From assembly GCA_963717005.1 (NCBI GenBank), contig OY970324.1, forward strand, positions 849,937 to 913,936: a DNA stretch of 64,000 bases. The letters are read 5' to 3'. Below are positions 29,184 to 38,592 of this stretch, piece by piece (position 1 is the stretch's first letter; every line of letters starts with the position of its first letter). Origin of the DNA: an uncultured delta proteobacterium (GTDB taxonomy: Bacteria; Desulfobacterota; Binatia; Binatales; Binataceae). The position numbers and the translations under genes were made by a program. Below the pieces are notes generated by a model. It made no database searches. It was not told where the DNA came from and worked only from the letters and a program-made list of their open reading frames with translations.

Positions 29184-29543
29184 ATGCCCTGGACTATCAC
29201 CCGCCTTTGCCGCGACTGCGTTGACACCGGATGCGTCAGCGTATGCCCCGTTGATTGCATCTACGAATATGTCGGCGCCGACAAGGTCAAATTCCCCAAC
29301 CAGCTCTACATCGATCCCGACGAATGCATCGATTGCGGCGCTTGCGAGCCCGAATGCCCGTGGCAGGCGATTTTCGAGGAACCCGCGGTTCCCGACGTCC
29401 TCAAGGACGACATCCCGCTAAACCACGCGCTGCTCGAAATCAAAGATCAGTTCAAGGTGATGCCGTTCAAAAAGGTCGATCACCCAACCCCCGAGCAGGT
29501 CGCCGAAAACAAGAAAAAGTGGGGCGTCGATCCCAACAGTTGA
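29184..29543 (+). CDS. 7Fe ferredoxin (3Fe-4S plus 4Fe-4S)
   Basis: CxxxxxxCxxxCP and CxxCxxCxxxCP motifs; start at MPWTITR ATG. Confidence 0.7.
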   Translation: MPWTITRLCRDCVDTGCVSVCPVDCIYEYVGADKVKFPNQLYIDPDECIDCGACEPECPWQAIFEEPAVPDVLKDDIPLNHALLEIKDQFKVMPFKKVDHPTPEQVAENKKKWGVDPNS

Positions 29544-29686
29544 TTCTCCGATCTTACCTCGCCCGTTCTTTTGTATCGACCGGACTGATTGTTTAGCGCT
29601 GATCGGACTGATCGTTTACACATGGTGTAGAGGAGGCCGACCGTGAAATAACGTGCGCGCTAGAACACAAACCCTTCCCCCAAAGG

Positions 29687-29819
29687 AACCTGAGAGCAAA
29701 ATGGCGTCCTCGCCATTTCGCGATTTCTTTTCAATGGGTGCAGGGGTCACTCCCCCCGCGACGGTGTCGATGCCGAAGGAAGCGTGAAACCCACCGCGGG
29801 TTTCACATTCAATTAACTG
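29687..29819 (+). repeat. composite interspersed repeat A-B-C
   Basis: aacctgagagcaaaatggcgtcctcgccatttcgcg, gggtgcaggggtcac, gtgaaacccaccgcgggtttcac. Confidence 0.7.
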
Positions 29820-29861
29820 TATCGCCTTTCCGTTTGACCGCAACGCACGACTCAGCCTTTA

Positions 29862-31280
29862 ATGCCCTTCATGGCTGGAATTGTTTCCTACGGTTCATAC
29901 GTTCCCTATCGACGCCTCAAGCGTGCCGCCATCGCCGCCGTCCTCGGCACTCCCGCCGGCAAGGGTGAGCGCGCAATCGCGAGCTTCGACGAGGACAGCG
30001 TCTCGATGGCGGTCGAGGCCGCGCGCGACGCCCTCAAAGCCGCGCCCCCCGGCGACATACAGGCGCTCATCTTCGCGACTACGACGCCGCCCTACGCCGA
30101 GAAGCTGAGCGCCGCCGTCATCGGTGCCGCCACGCAGCTCCCGGCGGAGATTCGTGCATCCGATATGACCGGTTCGGTCCGCGCCGGCATGTCGGCCCTG
30201 CTGCAGGGCGCCGACGCCGTCAGCGGTGGTGCGAAGCGCGCCCTCGTCGCCATTGGTGATTGCCGGCTCGCCGCGCCCGAGGGCAAGGCCGAGCAGACCA
30301 CCGGCGACGGTGCCGTCGCATTCGTGCTGGGCGCCGACAACGTGATCGCCGAAATCGAGGCGAGCGCATCGCTCACGCGCGAGTTCCTCGACACCTGGCG
30401 TGCACAGGGCGAGCGCTTTGCCCATTCATGGGAAGAGCGCTTCACCCTCACCCAGGCGCATTCGCCGATGCTCGGCACTGTCATCAGGAACGTGCTCGAG
30501 AAAGCGAAGGTCGCGCCCGGAGATTTGTCCAAGGTGATCCTCGACGCGCCCAACGCCCGCGCCGCCGACGAGATTGCGCGCGCGCTCAAAATCGATCCCA
30601 CAAAATTTTCCGATTCATTTGCGCTTACCATCGGACAGACCGGCGCCGCCCATGCGGGCCTGATGCTCTCCGCGGCGCTGTCCTCCGCCAAGCCCGGCGA
30701 TCGAATCCTGGTCGCAACCGTCGCCGACGGCGCCGACGCCATCCTGCTCCGCGTCACCCCCGCCATCGCCGCGTTCAAGCCGATGCATTCCGTCGGCCGC
30801 ATGATCGAGTCCAAGGGCGACGTCTCCTACGCCAACTATCTCAAGTGGCGCGAGATTCTGCCGACCGAGCCGCCGCGCCGTCCCGATCCCGACCGTCCCG
30901 CCGGCCCTCCGATGATGCGCTCCGAGAAATGGAAGTTCGGCTTTATCGGCTCGCGATGCACCAATTGCGGGACGCCGCAGCTACCGCCGCAGCTGGTATG
31001 CGTGAAATGCCACAAGCGCGGCTTCATGGAGCCGTACCAGTTCGCCGACCGCACCGCCAAAATCGCCACCTACGCCATCGACCGCCTCGCCTATTCTCTC
31101 AATCCGCCGACTGTTAACGTGGTCTTGGACTTCGCCGGCGGCGGCCGCTTCCTGTGCGAGATGACCGACTGCGAGCCCGACAAGGTCGCGATTGGCGACG
31201 AAGTCGAAATGACGTTTCGCCGGCTCTTTACCGCCGACGGCGTTAACAACTATTTCTGGAAAGCGCGCCCCAGGCGTTAA
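29862..31280 (+). CDS. HMG-CoA-synthase-like condensing enzyme fused to a DUF35 (Zn-ribbon plus OB-fold) domain
   Basis: N-terminal GIVSYGSYVPYRRL like HMGCS/KAS III. C-terminal CTNCGTPQLPPQLVCVKCH zinc ribbon and OB fold typical of DUF35. Confidence 0.6.
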   Translation: MPFMAGIVSYGSYVPYRRLKRAAIAAVLGTPAGKGERAIASFDEDSVSMAVEAARDALKAAPPGDIQALIFATTTPPYAEKLSAAVIGAATQLPAEIRASDMTGSVRAGMSALLQGADAVSGGAKRALVAIGDCRLAAPEGKAEQTTGDGAVAFVLGADNVIAEIEASASLTREFLDTWRAQGERFAHSWEERFTLTQAHSPMLGTVIRNVLEKAKVAPGDLSKVILDAPNARAADEIARALKIDPTKFSDSFALTIGQTGAAHAGLMLSAALSSAKPGDRILVATVADGADAILLRVTPAIAAFKPMHSVGRMIESKGDVSYANYLKWREILPTEPPRRPDPDRPAGPPMMRSEKWKFGFIGSRCTNCGTPQLPPQLVCVKCHKRGFMEPYQFADRTAKIATYAIDRLAYSLNPPTVNVVLDFAGGGRFLCEMTDCEPDKVAIGDEVEMTFRRLFTADGVNNYFWKARPRR

Positions 31281-31319
31281 GTGGAGCGGGCCGCCGTGCC
31301 CGCCTCCGAGGAGAAAATT

Positions 31320-32504
31320 ATGGCTAGCAGAGGAATCAAGGACCGCGTCGCGATCATCGGCATGGGATGCACCAAGTTCGGCGAGCATTGGGACAAGGGC
31401 CCCGAAGATCTGCTCGTCGACGCCGCCTACCAGGCCTACGAATCCGCCGGCGTCGAGCCCAACGACGTTGACGCCTACTGGCTCGGCACCATGGCCTCGG
31501 GCGTCTCGGGCCTCACGCTCAGCGAGCCGCTCAAGATTCAGTACAAGCCCGTCACCCGGGTCGAGAACATGTGCGCAACCGGTTCCGAGGCTCTCCGGCA
31601 GGCATGCTACGCGGTCGCCTCGGGCGCATTCGACATGGCGATGGCGATCGGCGTCGAGAAGCTCAAGGACTCGGGCTACTCGGGCCTGGTCGGCAACGCG
31701 CCCCCGAACGACGGCACCGAGGGCAGCATGACCGCGCCCGCGTCCTTCTCGCTGCTCGCGCCCGCCTACTTCAAGAAGTACGGTCTCGACCCCGACAAGG
31801 GCAAGGACGTGCTCACCCGCATCGCGTGGAAGAATCACAAGAACGGCGCGAAAAATCCCAAGGCCCAGTTCCAGAAGGAAGTGTCGCTCGAGACCATCAA
31901 GAACTCGCCCAAGATTGCCGACCCGCTCGGCATCATGGATTGTTCGGGCGTGTCCGACGGCTCCGCCGCCGCCATCGTCGTCCGCGCCGAGGACGCGCAC
32001 AAGTACTGCAAGAATCCCATCTACATCAAGGCGCTGTCGTTCATCGCCGGACCGGCTGAAGGCCCGCTCTCGCAGGACTACGATTTCACCACCTTCCGCG
32101 AAGTCGTCGCCACCGCCAGGGACGCCTACTCACAGGCCGGCATCACCGATCCGCGCCGGCAGATCAGCATGGCCGAGGTGCACGATTGCTTCACCCCGAC
32201 CGAGCTCGTGCTCTACGAAGATCTCGGCTTCAGCCCGCGCGGCACCGCATGGCAGGACGTGATGGACGGCTTCTTCGACCTCGAGGGCAAGCTGCCGGTA
32301 AATCCCGACGGCGGCCTCAAGTCGTTTGGTCATCCTATCGGCGCGTCGGGCCTGCGCATGATGTACGAGATGTGGCTGCAGATGCGCGGCGAGGCCGGCC
32401 CGCGTCAGATCAAGAATCCGAAAGTAGGCCTGACCCACAACCTGGGCGGCGCCCCCGGCCGATGCGTCAGCTTCGTCTCGGTAGTAGGCAGCCAACTCGG
32501 CTAG
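31320..32504 (+). CDS. thiolase-domain protein (SCP-x type acetyl-CoA acetyltransferase-like)
   Basis: VAIIGMGCTKFG, active-site region VENMCATGSEAL; start at ATG 31320 with ggagaaaatt RBS. Confidence 0.75.
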   Translation: MASRGIKDRVAIIGMGCTKFGEHWDKGPEDLLVDAAYQAYESAGVEPNDVDAYWLGTMASGVSGLTLSEPLKIQYKPVTRVENMCATGSEALRQACYAVASGAFDMAMAIGVEKLKDSGYSGLVGNAPPNDGTEGSMTAPASFSLLAPAYFKKYGLDPDKGKDVLTRIAWKNHKNGAKNPKAQFQKEVSLETIKNSPKIADPLGIMDCSGVSDGSAAAIVVRAEDAHKYCKNPIYIKALSFIAGPAEGPLSQDYDFTTFREVVATARDAYSQAGITDPRRQISMAEVHDCFTPTELVLYEDLGFSPRGTAWQDVMDGFFDLEGKLPVNPDGGLKSFGHPIGASGLRMMYEMWLQMRGEAGPRQIKNPKVGLTHNLGGAPGRCVSFVSVVGSQLG

Positions 32505-32530
32505 GGCACTCTTTCCAACGAAGGATCACA

Positions 32531-32568
32531 ACGGCCGGCATTGTTACGATGCCGGCCGTCTTTCTTTG
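32531..32568 (+). terminator. rho-independent terminator after thiolase gene
   Basis: cggccggcat tgttacg atgccggccg then tctttcttt. Confidence 0.65.
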
Positions 32569-32577
32569 GCGGCCAGG

Positions 32578-32859
32578 ATGCGGGACTTAGCGCGACTACT
32601 GAAACGAATAGCTATTGCAGCGGCGGCGTTGCTGATCATCTGGTACATCGGCGACTACCTGTCGCTGAAGCTAAGGCGTGAGCCGCTGAGCAAGATCCAA
32701 ATCGGCAAGTTGTATGCGGTACCCCAAAAGGACGGTAAGACTTCCTACGAGCCGGGTGAGCTGGAAACCCAAACCTGCGTTAATTCGATGTTCCCGCACA
32801 TGGGTTACAGCCCGTGCTGGTACGTAAAGCGCCACACAACCCAACAGGTCAATCTCTGA
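32578..32859 (+). CDS. small hypothetical membrane-anchored protein
   Basis: One N-terminal TM; weak support, could be non-coding. Confidence 0.2.
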   Translation: MRDLARLLKRIAIAAAALLIIWYIGDYLSLKLRREPLSKIQIGKLYAVPQKDGKTSYEPGELETQTCVNSMFPHMGYSPCWYVKRHTTQQVNL

Positions 32860-33004
32860 TGACCCATGCAAGAGACGCATAGGACTCCTGTCCCCTTTCC
32901 CTGTGAGCGCGCTTAGCGCAACTCTTCCCCTCGCTCTGCAAAGAGACCTTGGCATAACCAGTCTCGCCGCTCTTCCCCTCTCCCTTTGAGGAGAGGTTTG
33001 CATT

Positions 33005-33272
33005 CTTCCCCTCTCCCAGAATGGGAGAGGATCGAAGGTGAGGGTCCTTATACAGCGCGCTTTTTTTGGCGCGCGATTCAAGATTCCGTTCTGCGACCCT
33101 CCCTCATCCTGAAAAATCGAGCAGCGCGCACTCCTTGTCATCCTGAAAAATCGAGCAGCGCGCACTCCTGTCATCCTGACAAAGCGAGCAACGCGAGCGG
33201 CAGGAAGGATCTCGGACAGCGGCGCGCCAGCGCCGCCGGTTCCGGTTTCTGAAATCGCGCAGCGCTCCTTCG
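33005..33272 (+). repeat. composite of repeat family 4 (33005-33090) and family 3 (33109-33272, with 2.5 tandem 37-bp sub-repeats)
   Basis: Direct sequence comparison with 28882-28945, 45830-45965 and 22011-22113. Confidence 0.6.
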
Positions 33273-33298
33273 TATGTCTTCTCACAATCACGCGACTT

Positions 33299-34459
33299 CT
33301 ACTTCCGCGTCTCCAATCCCATCCGCCGCGCGATGATCACCTTCATGATCTCATTCGTCCCCGCATAGATCGATTGCACCGCCGCATCCGCATAGTCCGT
33401 CGACACCGGGTACTCCATCATAAAGCCGTAGCCGCCGTGTAGTTGTAAGCACTGGCTCGTGATCTTCTTCTGTAAGTCCGTGGTCCACCACTTCGCCATG
33501 CTCACTTCGGCGACTATCTCGTCGCCGCGCACATGCGCCGCCAGCAGCTTATCGACAAAGGCCTGTCCTACTTCCACTTCGGTCATCATCTCGGCCAGCT
33601 TGAACTGGGTGTTCTGAAATTCCGCTATCGGCTGCCCGAAGGCCTTCCGATTTTTGCAGTAGGCGATCGTGTCCTCGAGCGTGCGCCGGCAGCTCGCCAT
33701 CGATCCGACTCCGATGCACAGCCGCTCCTGCTGAAGCTTCTCCATCAACATCTTGAAGCCCGTCCCTTCCTTGCCGAGCAGGTTGCCGGCCGGGACCCGG
33801 CAGTCCTCGAAAAACAACTCGCTGGTGTCCTGCCCGCGCAGCCCCAGCTTGTCGAGCTTGCGCCCGCGCACGAAGCCGGGCGCGCTCGCATCAACCAACA
33901 TTAAACTGACCCCCTTATGCGGCGGATTGGCCTTGGGATCGGTCTTGCACGCGACGATTACGAGATCGGCAATCTGCCCGTTGGAAATAAAAATCTTCGA
34001 TCCGTTGATCACATAATGGTCGCCGTCGCGGCGCGCCGTCGTCTGCACCGCGGCCAGATCCGATCCGGTCCCCGGCTCGGTCATCGCGATCGCCAGTATC
34101 GTCTCGCCGGCGATCGCGCCCGGCAGGTAGCGCCGCTTCTGCTCCTCGCTGCCGAAGCTCGCGATATACGGCATGCAGATATCCGAATGCAGCGACATCA
34201 TCAGACCGTGCGCCCGCACCCGCGACAGCTCTTCCATCACGATCGCGTCGTAAATGAAATCGACGCCGCCGCCGCCGTATTCGGCCGGCGCGTTGGCGCC
34301 CAGGAATCCCGCTGCGCCCATCTTGCGCCAGCTCGCCCGATCGCTCATCCCCGCGCGATTCCATTCGGCCACCTTCGGCTCGATCTCACTATCGACAAAC
34401 CGCCGCACCTGCGCCCGAAACATCTCGTGCTCTTCAGTAAAAATCTCTCGTCTCATCAT
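33299..34459 (-). CDS. acyl-CoA dehydrogenase
   Basis: 386 aa; typical ACAD N-terminus and C-terminal YEGTNEI-like motif (YAGTNEIM). Confidence 0.85.
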   Translation of the reverse strand: MMRREIFTEEHEMFRAQVRRFVDSEIEPKVAEWNRAGMSDRASWRKMGAAGFLGANAPAEYGGGGVDFIYDAIVMEELSRVRAHGLMMSLHSDICMPYIASFGSEEQKRRYLPGAIAGETILAIAMTEPGTGSDLAAVQTTARRDGDHYVINGSKIFISNGQIADLVIVACKTDPKANPPHKGVSLMLVDASAPGFVRGRKLDKLGLRGQDTSELFFEDCRVPAGNLLGKEGTGFKMLMEKLQQERLCIGVGSMASCRRTLEDTIAYCKNRKAFGQPIAEFQNTQFKLAEMMTEVEVGQAFVDKLLAAHVRGDEIVAEVSMAKWWTTDLQKKITSQCLQLHGGYGFMMEYPVSTDYADAAVQSIYAGTNEIMKVIIARRMGLETRK

Positions 34460-34507
34460 TCACGCATCTTCGTTTTGCCGCGCAATCCGATCAAGCCCGG
34501 CAAAAGA

Positions 34508-34967
34508 GTAATCGCCTGCGCGGCGCGCGGCAGGGGTGACCCCTGCACCCAGTATGAAAGTGAAAAGCGCAAAGTTGCGCGCGGCGCGCTACTTTGCGCT
34601 CAGGGGCGGCGGTGGCTCGATTGAAATTCGTGACGTTTGAGCTTGCTTTTGTCCGTTCCCCCTTTCCGTTCCGGAAAGGGGGACAAAGGGGGATAGGACG
34701 GCGGGATTGCTTATGTCTCTTCCCCTTCCCGCGCGGGAAGGGGGTAGGGGTTAGGTTCTTCGCATCGACCACAGTGGACGCCATTTATCGATAGCCTCGC
34801 GCGGGCAGGCGAGCCAGACTCATGGCTTATATGACCGAGAGCAAAGTAGTGCGCTGCGCACAACTTTGCGCTTGATCCCGGGTGCAGGGGTCACCCCTGC
34901 CCAAGGAGGCGCGGAACCCACGGTGGGTTCCGCATTAAATAAAGTGATCTCCCCTTCCCGCTCTACC
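34508..34967 (+). repeat. 460-bp MITE-like element with about 60-bp terminal inverted repeats, copy 1
   Basis: Ends ggcaggggtgacccctgcaccc..gcgcaaagttgcgcg..gcgctactttgc in inverted orientation; near-identical to 35611-37337. Confidence 0.75.
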
Positions 34968-34987
34968 CGCGCAATTTCACGAGCGTC

Positions 34988-35275
34988 TCACGCGGCCTTG
35001 AACGACCGCACCCGGATTCGCTTCACGCGGCTGCGCGCATGCCAGAGATCGTAAGCCATCTGCATCCCAAGCCACGTCTCCGGGCTCGAACCGAACGCCT
35101 TCGATAGCCGAATCGCCATCTCGACCGACACGCTCGCTCTCTCATTCACCACATCCGAGAGCGCCTGTCGCGTGACGCCCAAAGCCTTCGCGGCTTCCGT
35201 GACCGAAAGATTCAAAGGCTCAAGGCATTGCCGTCGTACGATTCCACCCGGATGCGGAGGATTGTGCATAGCCAT
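34988..35275 (-). CDS. higA: HigA-family antitoxin (XRE HTH)
   Basis: MAMHNPPHPGGIVRRQCLEPLNLSVTEAAKALGV is the classic HigA N-terminus. Confidence 0.8.
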   Translation of the reverse strand: MAMHNPPHPGGIVRRQCLEPLNLSVTEAAKALGVTRQALSDVVNERASVSVEMAIRLSKAFGSSPETWLGMQMAYDLWHARSRVKRIRVRSFKAA

Positions 35276-35288
35276 AATTTTTCTCTAC

Positions 35289-35567
35289 CTAATGATAATC
35301 GACGTAGTCCACATCGACCGCGTCTCCGTCTTCAAAGCGGAAAGTCACGCGCCAATTCCCCGATACTGAAACGGCATGGTGTCCCTTCAAGACTCCCTTC
35401 AATGCGTGCAACCGAAAGCCGGGCAGGTCCAGATCTCGTGCCGTTCGGCTTCGGTCAAGGGCCGCGAAAATATCGCGGAGCTTGTCGATATGCTGAGGCG
35501 CCACGCGCCCAACCGTTCGTCCATCGTACAGAGCCTTCAGCCCGCGATGTCTAAACGACCTGATCAC
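35289..35567 (-). CDS. higB: HigB-family RelE/ParE-fold toxin
   Basis: MIRSFRHRGLKALY ... GNWRVTFRFEDGDAVDVDYVDYH is the classic HigB pattern; toxin-first order. Confidence 0.8.
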   Translation of the reverse strand: MIRSFRHRGLKALYDGRTVGRVAPQHIDKLRDIFAALDRSRTARDLDLPGFRLHALKGVLKGHHAVSVSGNWRVTFRFEDGDAVDVDYVDYH

Positions 35568-35862
35568 TCGTTCAGGTTGTAGCCTGTCACTTGTCGCTTG
35601 TCAAATTCATAGTCGCCTGCGCGGCGGGCGGCAGGAGTGTGAACCCTGCACCCAGTATGAAAGTGAAAAGCGCAAAGTTGCGCGCGCGACGCGCTACTTT
35701 GCGCTCAGGGGCGGCGGTGGCTCGATTGAAATTCGTGACGTTTGAGCTTGCTTTTGTCTGGTTCCCCCTTTCCGTTCCGGAAAGGGGGACAAAGGGGGAT
35801 AGGACGGCGGGATCGCTTATGTCTCTTCTGCTGGAGTTGCCCCGAATGCGTGGACACTCGGG

Positions 35863-36775
35863 TTAGGCGGCCACAGATATAACATGACGTTGCTCGAATT
35901 GGTTGGGGGACAGGTAGCCGAGGGCCGAATGTCTCCGCTGCCGGTTGTAGAACAGCTCGAGGTATTCGAAGAGCGCGCTGCGGGCTTCCTCACGCGTGCG
36001 CCACTGAGTCTCATAGACCAGCTCGAGTTTGAGCGTGGCAAAGAAGCTTTCCGCTACCGCGTTGTCCCAGCAGTTGCCACTGCGGCTCATGCTGCTCAGG
36101 ATTCCGTGCGCCGCCAGCAGTTGCTGATATTCCTGGCTGGCGTATTGGCTGCCGCGGTCCGAGTGATGCAGCATTCCGCCCGCCGGCCGGCGCCCCTTAA
36201 GCGCCATCCCAAGTGCGTCCAGTGCCACTCCTCGTTCCAGCCGTTCGCTGAGCGCCCATCCGACCACCCGGCGCGAGAACAAGTCCAGCACTATCGCCAG
36301 GTACAACCAGCCCTCAAAGGTCCACAGATAGGTGATGTCACTGACCCAGCCGGCATTGGGCGTGCTCATCGCGAACCGCCGCGCGAGCAGATTACCTTTT
36401 ATCGGCATTCCGTGTTTGGAGTCGGTGGTGCAGCGAAAGCGTCGGCGTACCCGCGCGCGCAGCCCCGCCGTCCGCATCAGGCGCGCCACCCGCTTGCGCG
36501 CGATCCGCTGTCCCCGGTCGCGCAACTCCGCATGCACCCGCGGACTGCCGTAGCGGCCGCGGCTCTCGGCGTGGATCGCCGCTACCTCCAGGGTCAGGCG
36601 CTGGTCCTGACGCCGCCGCTCGGCCGCTGGCCGTTTGCACCAGGCGTAGTAACCCGAGCGCGAGACGTGCAGCACCCGGCACATCAATGCCACCGGGTAC
36701 CAGGCCTTCTCCGTCGCGATAAAAGAGAATCTCACTGGTTCTCCCTGGCGAAGAAGGCCGTCGCTTTTTTTAGGA
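35863..36775 (-). CDS. IS3-family transposase OrfB (integrase core), expressed by -1 frameshift from orfA
   Basis: YPVALMCRVLHVSRSGYYAW and DDE region HSDRGSQYAS; frameshift heptamer inferred. Confidence 0.75.
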
Positions 36776-37079
36776 TTTCGCGCTCCATCCGCAAGTGCTG
36801 GTTCTCGCGCCTGAGCTCGACCAGTTCTTCGCGCTCGCTGCGCTTGAGTGAACCGGCGGGCCCCCGGCCGGCCTCTACTTCGGCCTGCTCCACCCAGCGC
36901 CGCAAGGCGGTCTCCCCGATCCCCAGCTCCAGCGCCAGCTGCCCGATGCTTTTGCCGCTGCTCTGGATCAACCGCACCGTCTCGGCCTTGTACTGCTCCG
37001 AGAACTTCCTCCGCTTCCGTCCATTCTCCATCGTCCACTCCTCCGCGCTCACTTTCGCGCTTTTCGGAGTGTCCATCAA
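36732..37079 (-). CDS. IS3-family transposase OrfA
   Basis: HTH LIQSSGKSIGQLALELGIGETALRRWV and leucine-zipper-like C-terminus. Confidence 0.8.
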   Translation of the reverse strand: MMDTPKSAKVSAEEWTMENGRKRRKFSEQYKAETVRLIQSSGKSIGQLALELGIGETALRRWVEQAEVEAGRGPAGSLKRSEREELVELRRENQHLRMEREILKKATAFFARENQ

Positions 37080-37340
37080 ACCGGGGCAAGTCCATGCTTT
37101 CGCTTCCCGCGCAGGAAGGGGGTAGGGGTTAGGTTCTTCGCATCGATCACAGTGGACGCCATTTATCGATAGCCTCGCGCGGGCAGGCGAGCCAGACTTA
37201 TGACTTATATGACCGAGAGCGAACTAGTGCGCTGCGCACAACTTTGCGCTTGATCCCGGGTGCAGGGGTCACCCCTGCCCAAGGAGGCGCGGAACCCACG
37301 GTGGGTTCCGCATTAAATAAAGTGATCTCCCCTTCCCACG

Positions 37341-38270
37341 CTATGCGCGCATCGACGCCCGCGCGTTTCCCAGCAGCATCTCCGCGACCGCCGTCAGATC
37401 GTTATCGTCGTAGTAATCGATTTCGATCCTGCCTGGATTGCGTCCGCGCCGCTTGAAAATTCTGACCTTGCGCTTGAGCGCGCGCTGCAGGCCCTCGGCC
37501 AGCGCGTTCAGATTCGCATCGGCCGTTGATCTGGCCGATGCGCTTTTGCTGCGCGGACGATTCGCCGTCGCCATTTCTTCGGCCCCGCGCGAGGAGATTC
37601 CGACCGCCGCGATTCGCCGCGCCGCCGACAGTTGCGCGTCGGCCGATTGTATCGAGAGCAGCGGCCGCGCCTGTCCCGCGGTCAACTCTCCTTTCGCGAT
37701 CATATTCAAAATCGGCTGCGGCAGCTCGAGCAATCGAAGCGTGTTGCCGACGTACGGCCGGCTCTTGCCCACCCGCGACGCGATCTCGTCATGCGTCAGC
37801 CCGAAATGATCGACCAGCCGGAAAAACGCCAGGCCTTCTTCGACCGCGTTCAAATCCTCGCGCACGATATTCTCGACCAGCGACATCTCGAGCGCCGCGC
37901 GATCGTCAAGCTCGCGCACCACCACCGGCACTGTCTCGAGCCCCGCCGCCCGCGCCGCCCGCAGCCGCCGCTCGCCCGCGATCAGCTCGTAGCGCGGGCC
38001 GTCAGTTTCCGCGCCGGTGGCGACAGGCGCATCGATTCGCCGCACGATCAGCGGCTCGATAATCCCCTGGCTCTGGATCGCGCGCGTCAGTTCGGCCAGC
38101 CGCTCCTTGTCGAAATTTATCCGCGGCTGAAACGCCCCCGGCCTGATACTCCCGACCGGCGCCATCCTGAATTGCGACTCGCCGTCATCAGCAGTAGCGC
38201 CGCTTTCAATCCCCGCCGCCGCATTCCCAATCAGCGCATCAAGCCCGCGCCCCAATGGTTTCCGCATCAT
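37341..38270 (-). CDS. parB: chromosome partitioning protein ParB
   Basis: GERRLRAARAAGLETVPVVVREL ParB box and C-terminal dimerisation region. Confidence 0.85.
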   Translation of the reverse strand: MMRKPLGRGLDALIGNAAAGIESGATADDGESQFRMAPVGSIRPGAFQPRINFDKERLAELTRAIQSQGIIEPLIVRRIDAPVATGAETDGPRYELIAGERRLRAARAAGLETVPVVVRELDDRAALEMSLVENIVREDLNAVEEGLAFFRLVDHFGLTHDEIASRVGKSRPYVGNTLRLLELPQPILNMIAKGELTAGQARPLLSIQSADAQLSAARRIAAVGISSRGAEEMATANRPRSKSASARSTADANLNALAEGLQRALKRKVRIFKRRGRNPGRIEIDYYDDNDLTAVAEMLLGNARASMRA

Positions 38271-38312
38271 CCTGGTAGTCCTCTAAGATTTTTTCGATCC
38301 TGTTCTGAATCC

Positions 38313-38566
38313 TAACCTCCCCTTGTCCGAGGGGAGGTCGCCGCGCGCCGAAGGAGCGCGGCGGGTGGGGTGCAACGCCCGACAGCGCATCAGTGCCGAC
38401 TCGTCTAACCGCAATTCCGAGATACTTGGCCCGGCGCCAGTAACCAGCACCACTTTCCGACATTCCGCAAACGTCAAACCAGTTGTAGTCGCAACGGCCA
38501 GCGTCGCACCTCTCCCGTCGCTCACCTTCGGCTCGCGCCGACCTCTCCTCGGACAAGGAGAGGTTA
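38313..38566 (+). repeat. MITE family 2 with 31-bp palindromic TIR TAACCTC(C/T)CCTTGTCCGAGG(G/A)GAGGTCG(G/C)CG
   Basis: Perfect inverted termini; copies also at 42692-42946, 44516-44776 and truncated 46279-46447. Confidence 0.75.
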
Positions 38567-38592
38567 AGATTTGGACGAATCCTCATCTTTTA

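Larger units (their letters stand above)
35833..37094 (-). mobile_element. IS3-family insertion sequence (1262 bp) with about 30-bp imperfect terminal IRs (TGGAGTTGCCCCG.. / TGGACTTGCCCCG..) and 3-bp TGC direct repeats
   Basis: orfA HTH and orfB DDE (HSDRGSQY) genes, A AAA AAA G slippery site near 36772, TG..CA termini. Confidence 0.8.
35611..37337 (+). repeat. 460-bp MITE-like element copy 2, interrupted by IS3-family insertion
   Basis: Same termini and internal sequence as copy 1 on both sides of the IS. Confidence 0.75.

Noticed and set aside
35884-37125. 413-aa plus-strand ORF
   Set aside because: Antisense to the IS3 transposase genes.
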